Source of the DNA: a virus
Length of the DNA: 64,000 nt
Reading direction: 5' to 3' (one strand)
Virus record (IMG/VR): IMGVR_UViG_3300032053_005312
Coordinates: 14,650-78,649 of that record
Under the pieces are notes generated by a model, which was not told where the DNA came from, ran no database searches, and saw nothing but the letters and a program-made list of their open reading frames with translations. A program made the translations under genes and the position numbers. Shown piece after piece: positions 1 to 9,123 of the stretch. How positions within the stretch are numbered: the first letter of the stretch is position 1; each line of letters opens with the position of its first letter.

Positions 1-1
1 T

Positions 2-397
2 GGCGTTGTTAAATGGTCCTGTGGCAAGACCATATATACCAAAATCCTTGAAGGCATTGTGGGAAACGAAAGTAACCCAAATGTGCCTCGGCTTGGTGAT
101 ATAACCGATCCTAAAAAGGGATATGATCTGCATATCCGAAAGATTGTAAAGAATGGCGGTGGCTCTCACGGGTGGCCCGATTATTCTGCTTCTCAGTTCT
201 TGCCATCTACTCCGCTGGGCAAACCTAAACAAATCAAATTGTGGTTATCGCAATTGCATGATTTGTCTGCTTTGCGTATATTGTCTTCTAAGGAGAGCAT
301 GGAATCTGCTCTCGAAGACGTGTTTGGGTATCTCGGTGCTGTGAACCCAAAACAAAAATATCGCTCTCTGACTGACCCATTTGAACCAGCGTGGTAA
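2..397 (+). CDS. T4 gp32-like ssDNA-binding protein homolog, 5'-partial; usual acidic tail replaced by KYRSLTDPFEPAW
   Basis: Frame open from window start; GKTIYTKIL..LGDITDPKKGYDL..WPDYSASQF..LHDL follows the gp32-family C-terminal half. Confidence 0.65.
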   Translation, partial: GVVKWSCGKTIYTKILEGIVGNESNPNVPRLGDITDPKKGYDLHIRKIVKNGGGSHGWPDYSASQFLPSTPLGKPKQIKLWLSQLHDLSALRILSSKESMESALEDVFGYLGAVNPKQKYRSLTDPFEPAW

Positions 398-407
398 TAG
401 ATAACAT

Positions 408-821
408 ATGCTCCCTAGCAAGCTAAAACTCTTTTTTGATGGGTCATGCGAGCCAAAGAACCCCGGTGGAATAGCTGGGTATGGATGGCGTCTAGTTGAC
501 ATGGATGGCAACGAGGTCGGGACAGACCGTGGTGAGGTCTGCCGGGGTCCGGGAGCAACAAACAATATCGCAGAATGGGCAGGCGTAACGAATGGATTGC
601 GTTACCTAAAAGAAAAAGAATGGCAAGGCACGCTGGAAATATTCGGCGACTCTCAACTTGTCATTCGACAATTACTTGGTGAATACAAGGTTCGCAAAGA
701 TACCTTAATCCCTTATCACCAAGAGTGCATGGGTCTTTTGAAAGACCTTCAGTGGAAGGCAACCTGGATTCCACGGGAACAAAACGAAGAATGCGACAGA
801 CTTTCTAAACATGGAGATTGA
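408..821 (+). CDS. rnhA: Ribonuclease HI
   Basis: FFDGS..NPG, TNNIAEW, GDSQLV, WIPREQNEECDRL catalytic motifs. Confidence 0.92.
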   Translation: MLPSKLKLFFDGSCEPKNPGGIAGYGWRLVDMDGNEVGTDRGEVCRGPGATNNIAEWAGVTNGLRYLKEKEWQGTLEIFGDSQLVIRQLLGEYKVRKDTLIPYHQECMGLLKDLQWKATWIPREQNEECDRLSKHGD

Positions 822-880
822 TCGAGCTATATCCTTCCCATATAATTTGATATTCCAGCTTCAAATATGGGGAGATCAAT

Positions 881-2128
881 ATGCAGGTCAATTATCGTGT
901 TTCAGCATCGGGCTATCCTGTTTACCATGTTCAAATGAAAGATGCCTCGGTCTGCGAGGCACATATCGTGTCTAACTGTGGGTCTTCCCACGAAGATGCT
1001 GATTCTTGGGGCGTGGCACACTTCCTTGAGCATATGTGCTTCCAAGGAACTCCCACCAAGAATAAACACCAAGTAAGCCGTGAACAGTCCTTGATTGGTT
1101 CGTACAACGCATACACCAATCACTTCAATACTGTTTATCACTTTGATGCACTTAACGAAGACTTTGAGAAGGGATTTGGTCTTCTCAAAGAGTCCGTTTT
1201 TGATGCTTGTTTTCCTGAAAAGGAATTCGAGAAGGAAAAGAGCGTTATTGTCGAAGAGTGGAGGATGTATGACAATTATCCATCTGAACACTTTTCTAAT
1301 TATGTGATTTCAAAATGCTTTGGTGCCGATGAAGGCCACCCAATCATTGGCACAGTAGAATCTATTCGGGGAATGAATCCCGAAAAGCTGCATAGATTCA
1401 GAAATAAGTGGTACGGCAAAAACAATATCTTTGTTGTTATTGTCGGTAACTTGGATTTTGAAAAGGTGATGGAAGTCGTTGACAAAACACTCCCGCCAGC
1501 ACCAGAAGTAGAAACCAGCCCTGTATGTTTGAACGGCTTCTTTGCAGATCAACCGAAGTACAACTTTGAAACTGATCGTTTTGAACAAGCTGTGTTTGGC
1601 ATGGTTCGTAAGTGGTCATCCCCAAAAGAGGTTTACAAGAACCGCTATATTGCGAGCTTTTTTTCCTCTGCTTTGTCCAATTATATGCACGAGTATATTC
1701 GAGACGACCTTGGCTTGTGCTATGGTGTCTGGAGCAGTCGCTTCCGTCACTTTGACAATTCCAATTTGATGATCTCGATGCTCACCAATAATGGATATTT
1801 GGAGAAGGCCGAAACTGAACTTGCGAATTTGTTTGCCAAGATTAAATCAGAAGGCTTTCCGAATGAAGTCTTTGAGATCGCCAAAAAGAGTTTGACTTAT
1901 AATCAAGTCAAAACGCTTGATAACGTCGGCGGCATCGCTGGTTCGGTGGTCAATGGCGTACTCAGTTCAGTTGATAAGGATTGGTTCCTGACCGAAGGAC
2001 AAAAGGGCATGGACCCTGTTTGGCTCAAGTCTGTGGCCGCACAACTGACCCAGGAAGACCTGAAGGAATTTGCTAACACTTGGCTCGGCGACTTCACCAA
2101 GTTCGCTATGGTTTCGACCAAGAAGTAA
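881..2128 (+). CDS. M16 family zinc peptidase
   Basis: GVAHFLEHM (HxxEH), NAYT, EKSVIVEE, IRDDLGLCY. Confidence 0.9.
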   Translation: MQVNYRVSASGYPVYHVQMKDASVCEAHIVSNCGSSHEDADSWGVAHFLEHMCFQGTPTKNKHQVSREQSLIGSYNAYTNHFNTVYHFDALNEDFEKGFGLLKESVFDACFPEKEFEKEKSVIVEEWRMYDNYPSEHFSNYVISKCFGADEGHPIIGTVESIRGMNPEKLHRFRNKWYGKNNIFVVIVGNLDFEKVMEVVDKTLPPAPEVETSPVCLNGFFADQPKYNFETDRFEQAVFGMVRKWSSPKEVYKNRYIASFFSSALSNYMHEYIRDDLGLCYGVWSSRFRHFDNSNLMISMLTNNGYLEKAETELANLFAKIKSEGFPNEVFEIAKKSLTYNQVKTLDNVGGIAGSVVNGVLSSVDKDWFLTEGQKGMDPVWLKSVAAQLTQEDLKEFANTWLGDFTKFAMVSTKK

Positions 2129-2132
2129 ATGC

Positions 2133-2161
2133 TTTACAGGCTAGTTGATTTGTGGTACTAT
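2133..2161 (+). promoter_or_regulatory. sigma70-type promoter
   Basis: TTTACA-N17-TACTAT with TGG before the -10; same pattern recurs through the window. Confidence 0.6.
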
Positions 2162-2184
2162 CAGATGTAAGGAACGGAGATACC

Positions 2185-2733
2185 ATGAAGTACGTCGAAG
2201 CATTCTCACTGGAACACCCGGCTCAATATCGAGGCGGGCCTCTAGGCAATATTGTCCCAGGAGAAAACAGTTTGTTCCTGGGCGGTGGCATCACGGGCTG
2301 CTTTGATTGGCAGGCCGAAATGTGTCGCCTATTGAAAGATGTGGACGACCTCGTGGTACTCAATCCTCGGCGTAAGAACTGGCCGATGAATGATCCTAAT
2401 GATCCTAACGACCCTAACGACCCTAACGACCCTAACGACCCTAACGCCACTGACAAGCAGATCAGGTGGGAATACGAACATCTTCAGACGGCGAACATGA
2501 TTATGTTCTGGTTCGCCCCTGAGACGCTGTGTCCCATCACTCTGTTTGAATATGGCAAGTGGTTGGTTCGCAACAAGCCACTGTTCGTCGGTTGTGATCC
2601 GCAATACAAGCGGCTTCTCGACGTGCAGGTTCAGACTGCTCTGGAGCGACCTTTCCAGAAAGTCTATACGAGTCTTGAAGAAGTGGCAGATAGCATTCTG
2701 CTGCATCTCGACAGATACACGGAGACTGAGTGA
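2185..2733 (+). CDS. Nucleoside 2-deoxyribosyltransferase-like protein
   Basis: LFLGGGITGCFDWQ, LNPRR, QIRWE, PITLFEYG motifs. Confidence 0.8.
   Translation: MKYVEAFSLEHPAQYRGGPLGNIVPGENSLFLGGGITGCFDWQAEMCRLLKDVDDLVVLNPRRKNWPMNDPNDPNDPNDPNDPNDPNATDKQIRWEYEHLQTANMIMFWFAPETLCPITLFEYGKWLVRNKPLFVGCDPQYKRLLDVQVQTALERPFQKVYTSLEEVADSILLHLDRYTETE
2389..2442 (+). repeat. In-frame 9-bp tandem repeat encoding (NDP)x6
   Basis: aatgatcct x2 followed by aacgaccct x4. Confidence 0.95.
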
Positions 2734-2735
2734 CC

Positions 2736-2954
2736 ATGCTAGTTACGACTATTGAAGCGGTCTTCAATCCACAACTATGGCAAGAGTTGTGGCGTGAAGT
2801 CATGAAGGACGAAGTGCCGGGTTCAAAAGCCTACCTCAAGGCTGAATACTATATGGGGCAAGCAATTGCTTTATATGGAGCCGAAACGCTCATTAAGGAA
2901 CACAATGAGCGAGAAAAGATTTTCGATAAGCCTTTTGAACTTCTTGGTAAATAG
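2736..2954 (+). CDS. Hypothetical protein
   Basis: ORF coupled to upstream gene. Confidence 0.6.
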   Translation: MLVTTIEAVFNPQLWQELWREVMKDEVPGSKAYLKAEYYMGQAIALYGAETLIKEHNEREKIFDKPFELLGK

Positions 2955-2963
2955 ATAAGATAT

Positions 2964-3034
2964 GTCTCGGCCTGCGGATCAGGCGTTGGGCCTCCGAAGC
3001 CCGAATGAAAAAGGTTCAACTCCTTTCCGGGATA
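2964..3034 (+). tRNA. Non-canonical tRNA-Arg(CCG)
   Basis: Acceptor gtctcgg/ccgggat+A, anticodon arm ttgggc-ctCCGaa-gcccga, T arm aaagg-ttcaact-ccttt, reduced D arm cctg-cggat-cagg. Confidence 0.75.
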
Positions 3035-3039
3035 CTTTT

Positions 3040-3107
3040 GCCCCAGCCGTCGAACGGTGCCAGCACTTCTAAGGCAGGCTTAGTAGGTTTAACTCCTACC
3101 TGGGGTA
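3040..3107 (+). tRNA. Non-canonical or degenerate tRNA-Arg(TCT)
   Basis: Acceptor gccccag/ctggggt+A, D arm ccgt-cga-acgg, loop ctTCTaa in an imperfect stem, T arm gtagg-tttaact-cctac. Confidence 0.6.
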
Positions 3108-3129
3108 CTTGGTTGACCCATTTTAAGAA

Positions 3130-3202
3130 GCGGAATGCGCATAATGGCTGTTGCCCCTGATTTCCAATCAGGTCTGAATGGGTTCGATTCCCATATTCCG
3201 CA
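3130..3202 (+). tRNA. tRNA-Gly(TCC) with atypical D arm
   Basis: gcggaat/attccgc+A; cctga-ttTCCaa-tcagg; atggg-ttcgatt-cccat. Confidence 0.8.
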
Positions 3203-3206
3203 CTAT

Positions 3207-3278
3207 GCGGGTGTAACTCAATGGTAGAGTACCTGCCTTCCAAGCAGGTTGTTGTGGGTTCGAGTCCCATCGCCCGCT
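3207..3278 (+). tRNA. tRNA-Gly(TCC)
   Basis: Canonical cloverleaf, cctgc-ctTCCaa-gcagg, U73. Confidence 0.95.
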
Positions 3279-3283
3279 CTTAG

Positions 3284-3967
3284 CTAGTTGTCCAAAAACT
3301 CCGGCACGTCAACCGTGTGCGGCACCGGACTGAAAGAATCTCTCCAATGGACAGAATCTTCTAGTCCTTTGTCACGCAAAGCGTTAGCCAATTCAATTTC
3401 TGTTTTGGTTCTGGATGTTTCTGTTCTCCAAATAACTGCTGAGTAGTCGCCACTCCCATTGGAATTACGAAGGATCATGTCTGGAATTTGGCTTGGGCTG
3501 ACTTTAATCTCGCCAAATTTTGTTTTCACAAAACAATCATGATCTCTTATGATGATTTTGGTTGGAGTTCCGAGTTCCGATGTCATATTGTTCTGGTTGG
3601 TGCCTATAATGGAATTCGCTCCACCAAGAACTGCGTTGACACCAAGTCCTGTTCCAATTGTTCTTGCCATATATGGGAACAAACTTCCCCAAGGGATTCC
3701 AGACCCTAACAATAAACCAATGGCCGCAGCACCGAGAGCGCCATACTTCAACATTGTTTTGTTTTTGTCCCACCATTTTCTGGCCCAAGATTTTTCTTTT
3801 GGAGGAACTGTTGGGACTTGGATGCTTTTAGGCATTGGAGGGACTTGTGTGGCGACTTGGCGATTCACAACTTTGTCATCTAAAGCGTTTTGCTCTGCTT
3901 CCACCAAGCATCTGATTCCAATTTCTATATTGCGTCTATTTGTAAACTCTTTGAATGATGTGTTCAT
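3284..3967 (-). CDS. Hypothetical membrane-associated protein
   Basis: 227 aa with a Gly/Ala hydrophobic segment; N-terminal SFKEF. Confidence 0.7.
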   Translation of the reverse strand: MNTSFKEFTNRRNIEIGIRCLVEAEQNALDDKVVNRQVATQVPPMPKSIQVPTVPPKEKSWARKWWDKNKTMLKYGALGAAAIGLLLGSGIPWGSLFPYMARTIGTGLGVNAVLGGANSIIGTNQNNMTSELGTPTKIIIRDHDCFVKTKFGEIKVSPSQIPDMILRNSNGSGDYSAVIWRTETSRTKTEIELANALRDKGLEDSVHWRDSFSPVPHTVDVPEFLDN

Positions 3968-4053
3968 TTACGCCTAATCTTTTATCCATTGGTGGAAATC
4001 TAACATTTTGTGCTGCTATTATATAGAATTAAAAAGAAATATTTGGGTGTTTC

Positions 4054-4437
4054 ATGAAACAAGAAACTGAAGACAAGATAGTTGCAGAGTTCCCGGAATA
4101 CTTTCCTGATTTCCGTGGCGATCCAACTAAGACCTGTCTTGCGTGGGGACTTGCTGTCGGCGAAGGATGGAGTAACTTGTTCCATCAGTTGTGTCGTGAT
4201 ATAAAAGCGACCAACCCGCCTGAAGGCTTCAAGTTCGAGCAGGTCAAGGAAAAATTCGGTGGCTTGCGAGTGTATGCTTCTGGCGGCACGAGCGAGATCG
4301 GCAAATTGATTGATGCCGCCGAAAATGATTCCTATACGATCTGCGAAAATTGTGGAACTAAGGAAGGCGTGAAGTCCGAGGGCGCTTGGATTACTACCTT
4401 GTGTGGCAATTGTCGTGGGACGATCAAAGCCGTATGA
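4054..4437 (+). CDS. Conserved phage hypothetical protein with two CxxC
   Basis: VGEGW..QVKEKFGGLRVY..ICENCG..TLC pattern seen in many large phages. Confidence 0.8.
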   Translation: MKQETEDKIVAEFPEYFPDFRGDPTKTCLAWGLAVGEGWSNLFHQLCRDIKATNPPEGFKFEQVKEKFGGLRVYASGGTSEIGKLIDAAENDSYTICENCGTKEGVKSEGAWITTLCGNCRGTIKAV

Positions 4438-4443
4438 GTAAAT

Positions 4444-4515
4444 GCCGGTGTAACTCAGTGGTAGAGTAGTTGTTTTGTAAACAACCTGTCGGGGGTTCGA
4501 TTCCCTTCACCGGCT
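4444..4515 (+). tRNA. tRNA-Thr(TGT)
   Basis: Canonical cloverleaf, gttgt-ttTGTaa-acaac. Confidence 0.95.
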
Positions 4516-4566
4516 CTTTTTGACAAGCCTGAATTTGTGACCTATGCTTCAAGCAGGAGGCCACAA

Positions 4567-4767
4567 ATGCAAGTGATCTGTGCTTGGTGTAAAAAAGACA
4601 TGGGGCAAAAGGAACCGTTGGAAGAGAATTTGATCTCTCACGGTATTTGCCCCATCTGTGTTGCTGCTATTGAGGCAGAAATACATACTCTTCAGGATAC
4701 TTGCCCTGTGGGTTATTGCGATCCACAATCGGCAGAAATGGTACACCCGACTTTCCAAATATCGTGA
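4567..4767 (+). CDS. Small Zn-ribbon protein
   Basis: CAWCKK..SHGICPIC; strong SD aggagg. Confidence 0.7.
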   Translation: MQVICAWCKKDMGQKEPLEENLISHGICPICVAAIEAEIHTLQDTCPVGYCDPQSAEMVHPTFQIS

Positions 4768-5593
4768 AGTCGCCGCTCTTAGCGTGTACTCGACTGCCAT
4801 AGGAACCGTTAATGGTATTCATGAACGCCCTCAGTTCCGTGGCAGCGATCTTTCCATCTCCGTTCGGGTCGATGGCACTACTTTTCTCCGCCATAGCATT
4901 GAATATCTTTGCCATGATGTTTCCTTGAACATATGCAGCGCTTGTCTCATTGGCCGATGAACTGGCAAACATGGTTATGAGTTCTTGTTGACGAGGCGAC
5001 AAACTTCCAATATCAGGAAGCCCAGCACTCGCATAACAACTCAGTTGCCACCAGAATATTTTCTGATTGTTCTTTTCGGCAATATCAGCGATGACCTTGA
5101 GGACTTCTGATCTGCGTCCCAAGTTGTCTACACTCCCACCAGGGAAGCCGTGGCCAATAGTGAACAATATCAATGTGTCGCCCGGCGTAGCATCAGTCTT
5201 GATATACTGGTTCAAATATTGCGACAATGTTTCAATGGAGTACATTCTTTCAACGGTTTCTGGATCGGCCATTTGGAAGCCCATATACCGACCGTCTACG
5301 AAGTGGTTGCCGACAACCTTGATGTTTAGACCCTTCTCAGAAGCCTTCTGAGCAGCTTTAATGGCTAGATCGGCATCACCGTCAGCCATGTGTTCTCTGG
5401 AGTGCTTGATGCACAGCAGGCGAATCTTGGGGGTTGGTGTTTCGGCACCGTAGTACCGAGTTGGCACCGTGGTCTGTTGAGTTGAAGAATTGACATTGCC
5501 ACAGCCGACAATGCCGACAATGCCGAATATAAATACAAGCGGAAGTATCCACCCGAATAGGCGTCGATCCATCGTATACCTCATTTTGAACAA
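4667..5593 (-). CDS. Predicted lipoprotein with caspase-like (clan CD) peptidase domain
   Basis: Signal peptide ending IVGC; LILFTIGHG and QLSCYA spaced like a His-Cys dyad; EF-hand-like DPNGDGKI. Confidence 0.6.
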   Translation of the reverse strand: MFKMRYTMDRRLFGWILPLVFIFGIVGIVGCGNVNSSTQQTTVPTRYYGAETPTPKIRLLCIKHSREHMADGDADLAIKAAQKASEKGLNIKVVGNHFVDGRYMGFQMADPETVERMYSIETLSQYLNQYIKTDATPGDTLILFTIGHGFPGGSVDNLGRRSEVLKVIADIAEKNNQKIFWWQLSCYASAGLPDIGSLSPRQQELITMFASSSANETSAAYVQGNIMAKIFNAMAEKSSAIDPNGDGKIAATELRAFMNTINGSYGSRVHAKSGDFTIFGKSGVPFLPIVDRNNPQGKYPEEYVFLPQ

Positions 5594-5633
5594 TCCTTGT
5601 TGCTATATCTAGTTATGAAAGTGGGGACGATAA

Positions 5634-6026
5634 ATGGTAATCGTTGGAAGAATATCCTTGGTCGATCACCCTACGGCTGTTCACCTACAAGTTGGCACGA
5701 TTCAGGGCAAAACCGTTGTCGTGGGTCGCCACTATGACGAAGGCACCTTTGGATTTTTCATTCCAAATGGGGCGATTGTGCCGGACAAGCTGGCTGACGA
5801 GATGTGGGTGAAGGGCAAATTGTCCGGCAAAAACAAGGATCGAGTCAAAGCCAGGGAGATGCACGGCGTTTTTTCCGAAGGACTGTTTTACGGCAGTCGG
5901 TACTTTGTGGTAGAATTTGGTGAAAAGGTCTACATCGACAGCCCACGCTGGAACCCTGCCTGGGTTGAGGGTCAAGATGTGGCGAACGAAGTGGGGGTTC
6001 TTGAAAGTGGCCCGCCATCAACTTAA
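5634..6026 (+). CDS. OB-fold tRNA-binding-like protein (resembles N-domain of DRB0094-type RNA ligases)
   Basis: HPTAVHL..VVVG..IPNGAIVP..RVKAREMHGVFSEGL..EGQDVA. Confidence 0.6.
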   Translation: MVIVGRISLVDHPTAVHLQVGTIQGKTVVVGRHYDEGTFGFFIPNGAIVPDKLADEMWVKGKLSGKNKDRVKAREMHGVFSEGLFYGSRYFVVEFGEKVYIDSPRWNPAWVEGQDVANEVGVLESGPPST

Positions 6027-6069
6027 AATACTGAGTCAGTAGTTCATACATAAGGAGTATCGCTTCAAT

Positions 6070-6408
6070 ATGAGTGAAACAATAACGCTCCCGGAGCCAA
6101 AAGAGAAAGTCGATAACAAGACTGATAACAAGACTAAGCGTCAACCACCATATAACGTCATTCTGATGAATGACGACGATCACACGGTCGAATATGTTGT
6201 GACGTTGTGCCAAAAAATCTTTGGCTTCCCAATAGAAAAGGGTCTGTTGAAAGCTAAAGAGGTCCACGAAAAGGGTCGGTCTATTTTGTGGACTGGCGCT
6301 CTCGAATTGGCCGAGTTGAAGCAAGAACAAATTCACGCTGTTGGTAAAGACCCGCAGATTAACCGCTGCAAGGGTAGTATGACTGCGGTATTGGAACCGG
6401 CAGCGTAA
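6070..6408 (+). CDS. clpS: Clp protease adaptor ClpS
   Basis: PPYNVILMNDDDHTVEYVV, EVHEKGRS. Confidence 0.93.
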   Translation: MSETITLPEPKEKVDNKTDNKTKRQPPYNVILMNDDDHTVEYVVTLCQKIFGFPIEKGLLKAKEVHEKGRSILWTGALELAELKQEQIHAVGKDPQINRCKGSMTAVLEPAA

Positions 6409-6418
6409 CAGGAGAACA

Positions 6419-6883
6419 ATGAGAGGAATATTGGTTTCGCTGGCCGTCGTATTCGGTTTTATAATCGTGGTCGCCCTCGTGCATCAAAAGCCAAGCGAGC
6501 CACAGCAGATTGCTGTTATATCAACAGAATCACCCCTTCCCGCTCCCACCCAGGTTGAGCCTCAAGCAAAAATAGATAATCCTCCGGCAAGCATGAAGAT
6601 GCCGGAACCAATGGTAATCACGTCATATAAAGATGTGAATCGCATTCCAGATGCAGGTCTTCGCACCTTCGTTCGCCGCAAGGCAGATTTTCGTCACGAT
6701 AATGTTCTCTTCTTTGAGTGGAAGGGTATTTCTGGCGACAAGATGATTGGTGAGGTTAAAGACAAAAAATACACGATCACTTTACATCCTGCATATACTG
6801 TCATGTTTGGACAAGAAGTTGTGCATCGGCAGATATTTGTGATTCCAGCTTCGTATCCTTACGTTTGCGAAGTCGCCAAGTGA
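6419..6883 (+). CDS. Hypothetical membrane-anchored protein
   Basis: N-terminal TM helix and Pro-rich linker. Confidence 0.7.
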   Translation: MRGILVSLAVVFGFIIVVALVHQKPSEPQQIAVISTESPLPAPTQVEPQAKIDNPPASMKMPEPMVITSYKDVNRIPDAGLRTFVRRKADFRHDNVLFFEWKGISGDKMIGEVKDKKYTITLHPAYTVMFGQEVVHRQIFVIPASYPYVCEVAK

Positions 6884-6905
6884 GTGCATGTCTATACTGT
6901 AGATC

Positions 6906-7139
6906 ATGAACCTTTGGCTTAAACTCGCCGTCGCAAGAAGGATTGCAGCGGAACTACAAATCAAGTATTGTGGCGTTCCTTACGGCGATGACTCCGAGCC
7001 TATCGAAGACGAGATGATTGAACATCTCTGGAGTCATCCAGAATTCGATGAAGATATGTGGCTCAACGTCCATTGGGACGATTTTGAGTGCGTCTGCTGG
7101 GTCCAGGTTGGAGTCGGCCTTGAACTCGTTCCGAGATAA
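6906..7139 (+). CDS. Hypothetical protein
   Basis: ORF in co-directional run. Confidence 0.55.
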   Translation: MNLWLKLAVARRIAAELQIKYCGVPYGDDSEPIEDEMIEHLWSHPEFDEDMWLNVHWDDFECVCWVQVGVGLELVPR

Positions 7140-7141
7140 AC

Positions 7142-7402
7142 ATGGCAAGAATCAGTAAAATCATTTGGATTAAAGATGATGACGGGACGATTTCTTTGGA
7201 CACAATTCCTGGCATGACTCGCCAGGATATATTCCAAGCATCCCTTATCATAACTGACAAAGGCCGCATTCTGAAAAATCGTCTCGGCCCGGACAATCAG
7301 ATAATTCCATCGTTCGATCTCGTGAAGCAAGCTGTCAAGCCGCCCAAGAAATCCAAATATCGTTCGATATACGATTCAATGGATATGAATGCCGATCTAT
7401 GA
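7142..7402 (+). CDS. Small protein with DnaB-like ILKNRLGP segment and KYRSIYD tail
   Basis: ASLII..ILKNRLGP resembles the last motif of DnaB-type helicases. Confidence 0.55.
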   Translation: MARISKIIWIKDDDGTISLDTIPGMTRQDIFQASLIITDKGRILKNRLGPDNQIIPSFDLVKQAVKPPKKSKYRSIYDSMDMNADL

Positions 7403-7650
7403 GCGATTCAATTTGGCTGGAAGCATCAGTTAAATTCCTCAAGACTTCATGGGAAGAAGTCCAAGACGGCGATGTGGTATATTACCAAATCATTCGGCGT
7501 CATCACGACAACAATGCCCACGGGCCATTTATCGTTGTCGATAAAACCCGTGGCAGATTGCGGAATGGAAATGGGGTTGAACTGAATTTCAATTCTGATA
7601 ATCTGCAACTGTTGAAGTTCGACCTTGTGTCCATATTGATGGGCGATTAG
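7399..7650 (+). CDS. Hypothetical protein; stop codon lies inside tRNA-Val
   Basis: ATGA overlap with upstream ORF. Confidence 0.6.
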   Translation: MSDSIWLEASVKFLKTSWEEVQDGDVVYYQIIRRHHDNNAHGPFIVVDKTRGRLRNGNGVELNFNSDNLQLLKFDLVSILMGD

Positions 7651-7713
7651 CTCAGTTGGTTAGATCGCCTGCTTTACACGCAGGAAGTCGGGGTTCGAGT
7701 CCCTCATCGCCTA
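7641..7713 (+). tRNA. tRNA-Val(TAC)
   Basis: gggcgat/atcgcct+A; cctgc-ttTACac-gcagg. Confidence 0.9.
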
Positions 7714-7719
7714 CTCGAA

Positions 7720-7748
7720 TTTACAAGTCATCAATTTCGTGGTATAGT
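7720..7748 (+). promoter_or_regulatory. sigma70-type promoter
   Basis: TTTACA-N17-TATAGT, ATG 9 nt downstream. Confidence 0.65.
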
Positions 7749-7757
7749 TCCATCACT

Positions 7758-8219
7758 ATGGCACAGAAACTTTTTATTCCGAATCTCGGAACGCTGATGA
7801 TTTTGGCTGAAGATTGGACTTTCAAGCTCTATTTTGAGCGAAGAAATGACACCATGATTCAGGCGTTCGGCGGCAAGAAAAGTCGTTGGTGGTGGGGCGA
7901 TAAGCTCAGTGCCGATGATTTCGAGGATGGAAAAATTCCTCCTATTGAATACGAGAAGGCCATGTCCGAAAAAGAGTTAGGCGAAGCCTACCAATCCTTC
8001 CGGGCCACCAATGCTGAAGACAAGCCGTTTATTCGAGTCACCCTGCTGAAAGGCACTCAACTCAAGGTTGACCGAATCTATATTCGCCGAGGCAGGGAAT
8101 CATTCAGTTCTGTGACATTTCGTACAACCAAAATTTGTCCTGAAAAGCGCTTTGCAAGCAAGCGATTTTGGGCTAAACTTCGTGAGGCAAATGAGATCGT
8201 TGCCGATGTTATTGGGTAG
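7758..8219 (+). CDS. Conserved phage hypothetical protein
   Basis: LFIPNLG..LAEDWTFKLYFERRN..GTQLKVDRIYIR..RFWAKL. Confidence 0.75.
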   Translation: MAQKLFIPNLGTLMILAEDWTFKLYFERRNDTMIQAFGGKKSRWWWGDKLSADDFEDGKIPPIEYEKAMSEKELGEAYQSFRATNAEDKPFIRVTLLKGTQLKVDRIYIRRGRESFSSVTFRTTKICPEKRFASKRFWAKLREANEIVADVIG

Positions 8220-8392
8220 TTCGCCCAAGCTATAAGCAACATTCCAAATTGGAGACGGGAGATTTGGTTATGCGACTAAAATCTCCAGAACGTGTCGATG
8301 AAATGGTGCGATTGCTCCTACAATATAAGCAGGAGGTTTGGCCGAAACCGACAACGGATGGTCAACATAGGCACTCAAGCCTCAACTGATAT

Positions 8393-8463
8393 TGCCCGAT
8401 GGTGTAATGGTAGCACAATTGACTTTGACTCAATTAGACCAAGTTCGAGTCTTGGTTGGGCAA
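8393..8463 (+). tRNA. tRNA-Gln(TTG)
   Basis: tgcccga/ttgggca; attga-ctTTGac-tcaat; ccaag-ttcgagt-cttgg. Confidence 0.92.
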
Positions 8464-8465
8464 CT

Positions 8466-8630
8466 ATGGCAAGATCACTACAAAAAGATCAAAGCATCAC
8501 TCAAAAAAATGATGCCAGCAGCATTGGGAACAAGCGTCGGAAGGCTCGGAAGGCCAAGACGAATTCCAATAAACGTGACCGTCAATTTCTAAACAAAGAC
8601 CTAAAGGAACAGATCATGAGCTTGTGCTAA
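8466..8630 (+). CDS. Small basic protein
   Basis: MARSLQK..KRRKARKAK; ATG 2 nt after the tRNA discriminator. Confidence 0.5.
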   Translation: MARSLQKDQSITQKNDASSIGNKRRKARKAKTNSNKRDRQFLNKDLKEQIMSLC

Positions 8631-8652
8631 CTTAAACGAAGCCCGGTCCTCG

Positions 8653-9123
8653 ATGGACAAGGCATTTGAATTTTTCCGTGACCAAATGCGAGGCATCAGG
8701 CATGGAGAAATCTCCACTGGCCTCATCGACACAATCCGGGTGGAAGCATACGAGCAGCGATTGCCGCTCAAGCAACTGGCCTGGACAGCACCAGATAAAA
8801 ATAACCGAATCCTAGTGTCACCGTATGACACAGCTTTATTGGGAGCGATTGATCGTGCCATTAGAGCAGAAGGGTTCAACTCCTATGTTTTCTCCAAAAC
8901 CCAGGTGGTAGTCAATTGTCCGGTTCGTAGTGGCGAAGATACAGAACGGGTGATCCAACAGATCAATAAGCTGGCCGAAGAAGCCAGAGTTGTGATTAGG
9001 AATATCCGAAAGAAGATTCGCCAAAAAGCCGAAGAGGATATAGACAAGCCGCTTCAAAAGTTGACGGATGAAAAGATCAAAGAAATCAATGATCTCGTTG
9101 ACTATAAGGTGAAGTGCTTATGA
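8653..9123 (+). CDS. frr: Ribosome recycling factor homolog (shortened)
   Basis: MDKA..IRHG..IRVEAY..PLKQLA..PYD..AIDRAI..AEEARVVIRNIR..LQKLTD. Confidence 0.88.
   Translation: MDKAFEFFRDQMRGIRHGEISTGLIDTIRVEAYEQRLPLKQLAWTAPDKNNRILVSPYDTALLGAIDRAIRAEGFNSYVFSKTQVVVNCPVRSGEDTERVIQQINKLAEEARVVIRNIRKKIRQKAEEDIDKPLQKLTDEKIKEINDLVDYKVKCL

Noticed and set aside
3040-3107. Amber suppressor reading (CTA anticodon)
   Set aside because: Stem register pairs better around ctTCTaa, and the gene shares its architecture with the two clear Arg tRNAs
3016-3270. ORFs or ORF extensions running through tRNAs (also 7656-7757, 10277-10378, 10911-10964)
   Set aside because: They translate tRNA sequence; real starts lie downstream
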